A stretch of 47,119 bases of DNA, from IMG/VR virus record IMGVR_UViG_3300044267_003966, positions 1 to 47,119 of that record. One strand, given 5' to 3'. This DNA is from a virus (lineage: Duplodnaviria > Caudoviricetes). A program made the position numbers and the translations under genes. Positions 19,003-27,226 of this stretch are shown here, in pieces (position 1 is the stretch's first letter; every line of letters starts with the position of its first letter). Under the pieces are notes generated by a model. That model worked only from the letters and a program-made list of their open reading frames with translations, was not told where the DNA came from and searched no databases.

Positions 19003-19378
19003 AGTGGGGTAGATCTTTGAAGCCTGTGTCTTTAACTTCTGTATTGTCATTCCAGTCTCCTCCCCACCTTATTGGTATATCTAGCATTGCAGCAATCCCT
19101 TTAACAAAACCAGCAAAGTAGTACATCCTATCTGTATCATCCCAATCGATAGGCCAAGGCACAACATCTACAGCCTTGCTTGGATTGGCATTATGTCTGC
19201 CTTTAGGAAACTTAACTTTAGATTTTCCCTCATCAAAGTATTTATTTTGTAGTTCCTCACCTCTATGCCCCTCTAGAACACTGCAATCAAATTGCTTTAT
19301 CACTTGATAAAACAGTTGCTGCAGGTCTTCATGACATGTTTCTAACTTACTCATTGATTTTTTACCAAACTTTGGCAT
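18986..19378 (-). CDS. Endolysin, peptidase M15C (L-Ala-D-Glu peptidase)
   Basis: EGHR, H..S.AVD, IRWGGDW, DLPHFEL. Confidence 0.92.
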   Translation of the reverse strand: MPKFGKKSMSKLETCHEDLQQLFYQVIKQFDCSVLEGHRGEELQNKYFDEGKSKVKFPKGRHNANPSKAVDVVPWPIDWDDTDRMYYFAGFVKGIAAMLDIPIRWGGDWNDNTEVKDTGFKDLPHFELKQ

Positions 19379-19608
19379 TATGCTTCTCCTTCTACTTTCA
19401 TTTCACCATAAATATTCGTAACAACATCATATAAATCGAAATGACTGTTGCAATGTGGACATACCCAGCCACAAAGTTCATCATTTTCATCTAACATACC
19501 AATTCTTTGAGATGTAATTTCATTTAGCCCTAAATTTCTTTTACAAATCGTGCAATTATCTTCATTTTTCTTCTTTTTCGCCATGTGCGAGTAATTTTGT
19601 TTCCCCAT
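19378..19608 (-). CDS. Zn-ribbon protein
   Basis: CTIC...CPHC. Confidence 0.65.
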   Translation of the reverse strand: MGKQNYSHMAKKKKNEDNCTICKRNLGLNEITSQRIGMLDENDELCGWVCPHCNSHFDLYDVVTNIYGEMKVEGEA

Positions 19609-20302
19609 TTTTAACCTCTTCTAGTTGTTTAGGTGAAAATCCAGCAAAAACTGTCAATTGCTCAGATTTCTTATCTTCTGTTTCAAATAAACCACTGATT
19701 TTAGATAGGCTTTCTAAAGACCTTAACTTATCTGAGTCTTTTTCAGCCAAATCAGCAATCGTCTTATACCTTTCAACTATCCAATCTGGAGTTACTCCCT
19801 GCTTTTCAAGAGTGGCGACAACTTCTTTTTTGATCATTTTCTGTACCTCTTTTGTTTTTAAGAGTTTAGATGTCTGTAATTTTATATACTTTTCACTTTC
19901 TGCATTTGGGCATGCTGCTTTGTAAGATTCTATTGGACTAAGCCCTGAAGCCATATACCTCGCAAATAGCATTTGCTTGTTTTCACTAAGGTTTTTAGGA
20001 GTTTCGCCAGAAAATGTAAATATATTCTGAGCCACACCATCTTCGCCCAACATCTTTTTTTTGCCAGTAACAATAAAAGTACCACATACTGTCCTTACAC
20101 ACAAAGGGTTCCTTGTCCCAAGCCCTTTTACTGTAAATCTTTTAAGGATCTGGCAAATGTACCCATCATCAGTATATGCCCAATCCCCCTCTTTTGCTTG
20201 CCTCCAACTATCAATGACAGTAGAAAGCCCTGTAAGTGCCTTAAATTCCTTAATATTGTCATATAAATAATGATCAATGCCTTTTATTGTTTTGATGTCC
20301 AT
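19562..20302 (-). CDS. terS: Terminase small subunit with N-terminal extra domain (likely start MDIKTIKG at 20302)
   Basis: QMLFARYMASG..ESYKAA..SKLLK HTH, DSDKLRSLESLSKISGLF; upstream of terL. Confidence 0.75.
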   Translation of the reverse strand: MDIKTIKGIDHYLYDNIKEFKALTGLSTVIDSWRQAKEGDWAYTDDGYICQILKRFTVKGLGTRNPLCVRTVCGTFIVTGKKKMLGEDGVAQNIFTFSGETPKNLSENKQMLFARYMASGLSPIESYKAACPNAESEKYIKLQTSKLLKTKEVQKMIKKEVVATLEKQGVTPDWIVERYKTIADLAEKDSDKLRSLESLSKISGLFETEDKKSEQLTVFAGFSPKQLEEVKNGETKLLAHGEKEEK

Positions 20303-20308
20303 ACTCGA

Positions 20309-20337
20309 AATATACAAAAAACTAGCAAAAATATCAA
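20309..20337 (-). promoter_or_regulatory. sigma70-type promoter for terS operon
   Basis: TTGATA-N17-TATATT, 6 nt before ATG at 20302. Confidence 0.6.
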
Positions 20338-20348
20338 ATTTTCCCCTA

Positions 20349-20448
20349 TTATAGCTATATATATTATAGCAATACTATTTATAGCTATATATATTATAGC
20401 AATACTAATATAGCAAAAAGAAAAACTATTAAGATAAAAAAAGAAAAA
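20349..20448. repeat. TATAGC array A (5 boxes, 15/15/15/14 bp spacing) plus A-tract
   Basis: TATAGC at 20350, 20365, 20380, 20395, 20409; exact 29-bp repeat at 20349-20377 and 20379-20407. Confidence 0.9.
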
Positions 20449-20615
20449 GTTTGAAAAAATTTTGAAAAATAAAATTTGAAAAAAATTAGCTTAGAATGAG
20501 TGAGAGTGTTTTTTTATGGGGGGTGCACGTTGAAAATGTCGTTTGACTTTTGTTATTAGGTTGAATTTATGAATATTTTTTTGGGTTAAATTTGGAGGGA
20601 TTATTTCGCAGGTAT

Positions 20616-20646
20616 AAAAAAAGCCACACCTTTTAAAATGTGGCTT
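20616..20646 (-). terminator. Rho-independent terminator of the leftward early operon
   Basis: AAGCCACA-loop-TGTGGCTT followed by a T-tract on the minus strand. Confidence 0.85.
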
Positions 20647-20671
20647 AATTTATCCCCTTATGGAGTTTATT

Positions 20672-20818
20672 TTAGTATTTAAATAACTTATAGTATTCTT
20701 TTATTTTATGATATGATAGTTTTTGTAATTCTATTCTATCCACATTATAAAAGCATGTAAAGTTAATTAGTTCGTTTATCATTTTACTTTTTTTGTTAGT
20801 GTTTACATTCGTATTCAT
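20672..20818 (-). CDS. Small early protein, 48 aa (not in ORF track)
   Basis: MNTNVNTNKKSKMINELINFTCFYNV...; GAGG RBS. Confidence 0.55.
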   Translation of the reverse strand: MNTNVNTNKKSKMINELINFTCFYNVDRIELQKLSYHKIKEYYKLFKY

Positions 20819-20859
20819 ATTACACCTCATTTTGTTTTAACTTATTATTTAACTTGGTT

Positions 20860-21231
20860 TTAGTTTAGTTCTTGTTTTATGTCTTCAATTATAGCTGTTG
20901 CAACTTCATTGTAATTTATTTGATTTAATGCATAACCAATTAAATCATTAGTAAAAGTTCCACCATCTTTTCTAGTATATTGATCTTCAGTCATTTCACT
21001 AGCTACAATTTGTAGTGTTTCAATCGCTATGGATATTATAAATCTTTTATTTATATTTTCTTTTATTCTATCATAAATATTATTATGTAAATACTGGTCA
21101 TTATCTAGCCACAATTTAAAACACCATGTTGGGTAATTAGTCCACCCATTATACTTATTTTCTTCTTTTATATCTTTTATTACTTCTTCTTTAAAGTTGT
21201 TATAAACTTGATTATTTTTATTTATTTTCAT
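20860..21231 (-). CDS. Early hypothetical protein (YNGWTNYPTW...LWLDND family)
   Basis: Recurrent phage motif; AAGGA RBS. Confidence 0.8.
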   Translation of the reverse strand: MKINKNNQVYNNFKEEVIKDIKEENKYNGWTNYPTWCFKLWLDNDQYLHNNIYDRIKENINKRFIISIAIETLQIVASEMTEDQYTRKDGGTFTNDLIGYALNQINYNEVATAIIEDIKQELN

Positions 21232-21264
21232 TGTTTTTAGATCCTTATTTTTATTTTATTATTG

Positions 21265-21555
21265 TTATTTAATTGGTTTTTTAAAACTGATTGTTATTAC
21301 TGGAATATAACTTTTTATTTTATCTATAAAACTAGGCCTATTTTTTAAAATAGATAGTTCTTTTTTTAGGTTTGTATTTTCTTCTTGTATATCTTTTATT
21401 ACTTGTTTTAGTTCGTATATTTTATCCTCATAAGGATTGGTTTCAAACCATCCAGATTGATATAAAGGTTTTTCTATATACTTACAAGCTTCATTAAAGC
21501 CTTTTTGATAATATTTTTGTTCTAATTGTGTTAAGTTTGAATTTTTCTTCTGCAT
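21265..21555 (-). CDS. Early hypothetical coiled-coil protein
   Basis: AAGGA RBS; leftward early operon. Confidence 0.75.
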   Translation of the reverse strand: MQKKNSNLTQLEQKYYQKGFNEACKYIEKPLYQSGWFETNPYEDKIYELKQVIKDIQEENTNLKKELSILKNRPSFIDKIKSYIPVITISFKKPIK

Positions 21556-21584
21556 CGTTTAATTCCTTATTTTTATTTTTGTTA

Positions 21585-21902
21585 TTAATGTATTGCTAGT
21601 ATTTCTTCTAAATCTACTATTTGTAAATTAATTAATCCATTATCCCCAGATATATTAATTTCATTATTTCCCCATAAATCGATACTAAAACTATTATGAA
21701 TTTCAATTTCCTTTATTTCTTCAATAAAAGATTTTAAAATATAATTACTATCATATGTTTCAAATGAATTTAAAAGATTATCTATATAATTTTCTACATA
21801 TACATTTAAAGCAAACCTTTCAATTCTTTTTAATATTGTTTTATTATCTTTTATAGATGTTTTGAAAATTATTTGATCTTTATCATTTAGTATTAATTTC
21901 AT
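21585..21902 (-). CDS. Early hypothetical protein
   Basis: AAGGAG RBS. Confidence 0.75.
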   Translation of the reverse strand: MKLILNDKDQIIFKTSIKDNKTILKRIERFALNVYVENYIDNLLNSFETYDSNYILKSFIEEIKEIEIHNSFSIDLWGNNEINISGDNGLINLQIVDLEEILAIH

Positions 21903-21927
21903 TTGGTTTTAACTCCTTATTTTATTT

Positions 21928-22110
21928 TTATATAAATATTATATTATTATTTATTGAATAATTTTCTTTTTTAATTGCTTCCATTGTATTTATAGCATCT
22001 TTTTTACAGTCTGTATAATATGTTTTATTTGCATCTATTACACCATTTAAAAACCATTGTACAACATATTCATTATCAATTTTTTTAATAGTTAATTTTA
22101 CTTTATTCAT
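21928..22110 (-). CDS. Early hypothetical protein
   Basis: First gene after the leftward promoter; EYVV..YYTDCKKDA. Confidence 0.75.
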   Translation of the reverse strand: MNKVKLTIKKIDNEYVVQWFLNGVIDANKTYYTDCKKDAINTMEAIKKENYSINNNIIFI

Positions 22111-22151
22111 AAATTTAAGTCCTTATTTTATTTTAATTAAATTCAATAATT

Positions 22152-22179
22152 AATTTAATACTTTTTTTATTAATGTCAA
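22152..22179 (-). promoter_or_regulatory. Leftward early sigma70 promoter
   Basis: TTGACA-N16-TAAATT. Confidence 0.75.
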
Positions 22180-22218
22180 TAAGTTTATTTATTTTTATTA
22201 TTTTTATTATTTTTATTA

Positions 22219-22247
22219 TTGACAACTTTTAAATATCAATTTAAATT
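22219..22247 (+). promoter_or_regulatory. Rightward early sigma70 promoter
   Basis: TTGACA-N17-TAAATT with AT-rich UP-like region. Confidence 0.8.
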
Positions 22248-22309
22248 AAGTATCAATTTTTAAGTAATTAAATAACTAATAAGCAATAACAAAAAAAGGA
22301 AGAAAATTT

Positions 22310-22549
22310 ATGAATAAAGCATATTTTATTTACTATTTTAAAAAGAATCATAGAGTACATAAAAACAAGCTATCTTATTTAGATTTAGTTAAGATGCTAG
22401 AATTAAATAAAAAGAACGATAAAAAAGGAGAACCATATATTAAGGCTCACACATATCAACTTCAATGGATGCAAGAATTTTTACTAAATAATAAAGAACT
22501 TCAAATCTTTAAATGTAATGTCTGTATAGATAATCAAGTAATATTATAA
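22310..22549 (+). CDS. Early hypothetical protein
   Basis: First ORF after the rightward promoter. Confidence 0.7.
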   Translation: MNKAYFIYYFKKNHRVHKNKLSYLDLVKMLELNKKNDKKGEPYIKAHTYQLQWMQEFLLNNKELQIFKCNVCIDNQVIL

Positions 22550-22570
22550 TAAATAATAAAAGGGGAGTTT

Positions 22571-23206
22571 ATGAATAAAAAAGAAATGTTGAAAATTATT
22601 GGGGGGATGTCTAAGACTTCTAAATTACCTTGTTCTAGCTTTAATTTATCTGCTTGGAGGTGTAATAATGGAAGCAAGTTAGCTAAAATTAAAGGCTCTG
22701 TATGTGATGGATGCTATGCAATGACTGGCTTTTATAATATGTTTAAAAAGAAGCATGAAGAAAACCATGATAGAAAATTAAACAATTATTACAAAGATAC
22801 AAATTTATGGGTTAACACTTTTTCAAGCTATTTAAATAAGTATGAAAAATCAAGCTATTTTAGGTGGTTTGATAGTGGGGATATACCTTCATATGATTTT
22901 TTACTAAACATCGTTAAAATAGCTAAAAAAACCCCAAATATTAAACATTGGCTACCTACCAAAGAATATAAACTAATCAATAAATTTTACAAGCAAGGTA
23001 ATTCAGTACCTTCCAATCTAGTTATTAGAGTATCAGCACCTATGATTGATACAGAAATAAATGGATATCCAAATACATCTTCAGTAACTAAAAATAGTAC
23101 AACAAATAGTATTGTATGCAATGCACCTAAACAAGATAACCAATGCAAAGATTGTAGATTATGTTGGAACAAAGATATCAAGAATATAGCCTATAAATAC
23201 CACTAA
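22571..23206 (+). CDS. Gp88-like (radical-SAM-related, Cys-rich) protein
   Basis: C..GSKLAKIKGSVCDGCYA, FRWFDSGD, HWLPTKE, NLVIRVS, C..CRLCW. Confidence 0.85.
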   Translation: MNKKEMLKIIGGMSKTSKLPCSSFNLSAWRCNNGSKLAKIKGSVCDGCYAMTGFYNMFKKKHEENHDRKLNNYYKDTNLWVNTFSSYLNKYEKSSYFRWFDSGDIPSYDFLLNIVKIAKKTPNIKHWLPTKEYKLINKFYKQGNSVPSNLVIRVSAPMIDTEINGYPNTSSVTKNSTTNSIVCNAPKQDNQCKDCRLCWNKDIKNIAYKYH

Positions 23207-23223
23207 ATAAGGGGATTAAAATA

Positions 23224-23391
23224 ATGAATAAAGAAATGAATGTTTTAACTAGTAGATCAAAATTAATAAATAATTGTGAATCGTGTAAAATGACAAAAGA
23301 ATCTTTTTCGGCTACACATTGTGATAAATGCTCAGATAGAATTGATACTTGGATTCTTCATTTTATGGAATTAGAACAAGGGGGTAAATAA
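23224..23391 (+). CDS. Small Zn-finger-like protein, 55 aa (not in ORF track)
   Basis: MNKEMNVLTSRSKLINNCESC..HCDKC.. Confidence 0.6.
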   Translation: MNKEMNVLTSRSKLINNCESCKMTKESFSATHCDKCSDRIDTWILHFMELEQGGK

Positions 23392-23634
23392 ATGAATGTT
23401 TTAACGAATAGATCAAAATTAATAAATATTTTATGTAATGCTATTAATGAAGGTAATAAAAGTCTAGAAAAAAAAGCTATAAAAATAATGGGAGAGCAGA
23501 ATAAAAAACTACTTTCAAATCATAATGGTATTAAAAAACATCAGAAATTTAAATCAGGATTAGAAGGTTTAAGTAATAAAGATCGATCTAGATTTTTAAA
23601 TAATAGAAGAAATCATTCAAACAATAATAAATAA
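23392..23634 (+). CDS. Basic hypothetical protein
   Basis: GGGGG RBS; N-terminus duplicated in the upstream ORF. Confidence 0.65.
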   Translation: MNVLTNRSKLINILCNAINEGNKSLEKKAIKIMGEQNKKLLSNHNGIKKHQKFKSGLEGLSNKDRSRFLNNRRNHSNNNK

Positions 23635-23652
23635 AAATTATAGGATTAAATA

Positions 23653-24519
23653 ATGTATAAAGAATGTAAAAAATGGAAAGGGTTTGAAGATATAGAAAAA
23701 ATAAAAAATTCTATTAAAGACAATACAAGACAAGTAATAATTAGAGGTACTGTATATAATGTAGAGAATGCCCCAAAATCATATATAAATCACTTTGCAG
23801 TATATAAGTCTGGTAAAGTTTTAAGAAGATGGATAGATAAATTATTTTACCATAATTATAGGTATACACAGAAAGGAGAAGAACTAAAAGAGAAGAAAAA
23901 AATTAGATATTGGGAAAATCCTCAAAAAGAACTAGACAAAAATAATAAATGGAGAAAATCCCCTAAAGGAATTAAATATTTTAACAAACTTTCAGAAGAA
24001 AAAAAGGCTATAACCTCTCAAAAGAAAAAAGATTTTTTAGCCTACAAAAATAGTACAAAAGGAATTGCTGATGCACTAGAAAAAAAGAAGATTATTACAG
24101 AGAAAAAAAGAATTGCAGACTTAGAGAGATACCACAAAAATCCAATCCCATTTAATTTAAAAAGATTATTACTGCATTGTGTTACTAATAATATTAATGG
24201 TAAGTCATGGAATAATAGTAATGAAATTATTAACTACAAAAAATGCATAAATAAGCTTAAAGACCTTGCAAAAATCAATAAAATGACAATCAAGGAAATA
24301 AAAAAGAAGGGTTACCATATAGATCATATTATACCTGTTGCATCGTATGATACAAACGATCCAAAGGAATTAAAAAAATGCTTCTCATATCATAATTTGC
24401 AATGGTTACCACCTAGAGAAAATATCCAAAAAAGCGATAAAATTATCAAAAGTTTAATTAAACCACTACCAACAAAGATATATCCAAAGTCTTGGAATAA
24501 TAAAATAATAGGAGAATAA
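23653..24519 (+). CDS. HNH endonuclease (possible free-standing homing endonuclease)
   Basis: HIDHIIP...CFSYHNLQWL...ENIQKSDK; Lys-rich N-terminus. Confidence 0.85.
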   Translation: MYKECKKWKGFEDIEKIKNSIKDNTRQVIIRGTVYNVENAPKSYINHFAVYKSGKVLRRWIDKLFYHNYRYTQKGEELKEKKKIRYWENPQKELDKNNKWRKSPKGIKYFNKLSEEKKAITSQKKKDFLAYKNSTKGIADALEKKKIITEKKRIADLERYHKNPIPFNLKRLLLHCVTNNINGKSWNNSNEIINYKKCINKLKDLAKINKMTIKEIKKKGYHIDHIIPVASYDTNDPKELKKCFSYHNLQWLPPRENIQKSDKIIKSLIKPLPTKIYPKSWNNKIIGE

Positions 24520-26276
24520 ATGAATCCAAAAATATATGTATTAATACTTAAAGATAAAGAATATTACCCTGAAGGAAAAGCACTAGGCATAGCATATGAA
24601 AAAGATATGGAAGAAATTATACATACAAACGATTTAGATGACCATGTATACCATTATGTATGGGAGAAAGAAATTGACCTAGAAAAGCTAAAAAAAGGCG
24701 ATAAAATAATGCTAGATGTTGAATTTGAAGTAATAGAAAATAAAGGGAGCATAGATGAATAAACAAGAGGAATGGAAAATAACAAAATTTTGGGATACTA
24801 TAATGCTTGATAATGGAGAATATGGAGAAGGATGGAATTATGAAGCTGGATACCACATAGGAGATGATGTTATATATGAAGATTATTTTGAAACTAGGAA
24901 AGAAGCTGAATTATATATTGAAAAAATGAAAAAGGAGATGAATAAATGAAAGTATATACAGTATATGCAGTATTTTACACTTATGAAAATAATCACGAGT
25001 TTGAAGCCATCACAACAGATTTTGATAAATGGCTAGATTCACACAACAGAAGAAGAAAGCAAGATGGTAATGAACCAGAAAATGAATATGATTTTACAAT
25101 ATACGAAGGTGAAATAAAAATAAAGGAGAATGAATAAATGAATAAGAAAATAGTAAACCAAATAGATAGACTTATAAAACATAATGAAACAATCCTAGAA
25201 GACTTATATGGAAAGTTCTTAGTGAAGGAAGATGGTATACATTTTATGGAAAGTGAACAATCTGCTTATGCTAGGTCAATTGGATGGGTAGATGCTTTAA
25301 GATGGGTATTAAATACTATGAAAAATGGTAGTCCAGTATCAGATAAACCATTAAACAATAGAGGAGATGGGTAAATGAAAAATTATTATGTAGAAGTTAA
25401 AGTAAAATGGGCGACATCTTTTGAAGCTAAAAACAAAAAAGAGTTTATAGAAAATCTAAAAGATCAATTTAAACAAGATTATAACATATGTCTAAGTGAT
25501 GATGAAATTGGAGATATACATACAAACAATAGAGGAGATGGGTAAATGAAAATAGATGAAATGAAGTATATGTGTGTTAATTGTGGTGGTGGTTTCAGCA
25601 GAGAAGATATGTGCTTTGATACTGACTATGATTGTGATTTCTGTCAAGATTGTTATGATCGTGCAATCAATAAAGAGGAGATGAGTAAATGAATATAACA
25701 AGCATAGGTATAACTCTAATATCAATACTAATAGCAATAGCACTTGTAGTAGCAATAGTATCAGCAATTTTATATATACTGATGGTTATTCACTCTTGGA
25801 TTGAAACTAAAAAATGGAGGTGGTAATATGAAAATAGATAAAAAGCTAGAAAAATTAAAAGAAGATATAAATAGTTACCATGATATAGTATCTGATTTAA
25901 GGGATGTATATAGTGATTTAAATGGTATTCTTGATTGTGAAGATGAGAGAGAGAATGATATATTGGAATCTGTTCTTGGGATTGTAGATGGGTTTGAAGA
26001 GTATATTTTTGAATCAGTAAATAAAATAGATAAAATAAAGGAGATGAATAAATGATGAAAGTAACCAATGTAAGATACTATACAACAAGAAGAGGTGTTG
26101 GATATGAAGCTACAACAGATACTGATAATACTATATGGAATGATGGTAGTGGTGGAGATACCTATCTAACAAACAAAGATGGTGGATATTATCATCAGTT
26201 CAATGGCCTTATGGGAATGGAATTAGAAAGCTATTTAGAATCTTTAATTGACAAATATGAGGGGGTTACAAGATGA
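24520..26276 (+). other. Array of tiny, translationally coupled early genes (24520-24762, 24755-24949, 24946-25137, 25138-25374, 25375-25545, 25546-25692, 25689-25826, 25828-26055, 26052-26276)
   Basis: Contiguous ORFs joined by AGGAG..TAAATG/ATGA junctions; three found by hand translation. Confidence 0.8.
25353..25552 (+). repeat. Exact 29-bp direct repeat flanking one 171-bp gene unit
   Basis: AAACAATAGAGGAGATGGGTAAATGAAAA at 25353-25381 and 25524-25552. Confidence 0.95.
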
Positions 26277-26503
26277 TAAAGAGAGGGACTACAATAATAG
26301 GCTCAGAGAATATAAGTTTATTCAGACTTATAACTCTTAAACATGCACTTAAACTTGAAACTTTAGGGATGAAGAAAAGAGGTAAGAGTGCATATGTTAT
26401 AGTAAAGGAAGAGTTCAATCTGAAAGGCAACAAGCAAAAAGTATATGAACAACTAGAAAACATAATCAATATAATTAAAGCTAATAATAAGGAGATTGAA
26501 TAA
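26273..26503 (+). CDS. Conserved-looking phage hypothetical protein
   Basis: LKHALKLETLGMK..GKSAY..LKGNKQKV. Confidence 0.75.
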   Translation: MIKRGTTIIGSENISLFRLITLKHALKLETLGMKKRGKSAYVIVKEEFNLKGNKQKVYEQLENIINIIKANNKEIE

Positions 26504-26976
26504 TGGGAATGGACTTATATGGACTTAAACCAATAGAACACATGAAAGCTACACCACTCATAAAGAAAGTCAAGAACAACTTTGATGAGTTCTTTAAGCT
26601 AGACAAGGGCGACCAAGATAAATACCTCAAAGAGAACAGAGAATATGAAAAAGTAAATATTGGAGCATACTTCAGAAACAATGTATGGTATTGGAGGCCT
26701 TTATGGAAATATGTGTGCAGAGTATGTAATCTATCTACTGATGTATATCAGCAGGGCAATAGGAATGAAGGGTACAAGGTAGATGAGATCACAGCTAAAG
26801 ATATTGCTGTAACTTTATTTTTACTACTAAAAAGAGGTGAAGTAGATAAGTATGCAGAAGAATATTTAAAAAATGCAGAGAAATGTGGAGATTCACCTGA
26901 ATATCCATTTGATGTGCAAAATGTTAGAGAGTTTGCAATATTCTGCAATGAAAGTGGAGGATTTACTATATGCTAA
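26503..26976 (+). CDS. Hypothetical protein (MGMDLYG...YFRNNVWYWRPLW...FCNESGGFTIC family)
   Basis: Recurrent phage early-gene motif pattern. Confidence 0.8.
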   Translation: MGMDLYGLKPIEHMKATPLIKKVKNNFDEFFKLDKGDQDKYLKENREYEKVNIGAYFRNNVWYWRPLWKYVCRVCNLSTDVYQQGNRNEGYKVDEITAKDIAVTLFLLLKRGEVDKYAEEYLKNAEKCGDSPEYPFDVQNVREFAIFCNESGGFTIC

Positions 26977-27226
26977 AAACTATTATGTTTAGAGTATCTG
27001 TATATATGTCATTGCTCTTTTTTTCTTTGCTGTGTTGGTACTATGTTATAGAGCTAGGTAATTGGATAGCAAAGAATTGGGGATATATAACATACAATTT
27101 AGGAGGTTTGTTCTAATTATGATAGATACTATAATATTTTCAATAGGTGTTTTTATTTTAGTATGTGCATTTATAGAAATAATCAGTCAAATAGGTAAAT
27201 AATAATAGTAATAATAAGGAGAAATT

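Noticed and set aside
20349-20414. CRISPR mini-array (Cas4-like gene present)
   Set aside because: Repeats are tandem with no unique spacers; solo Cas4-like nucleases are common phage exonucleases; no other cas genes.
23653-24519. Intron- or intein-encoded HNH
   Set aside because: No interrupted host gene flanks it; it has its own RBS and is coupled to the next gene.
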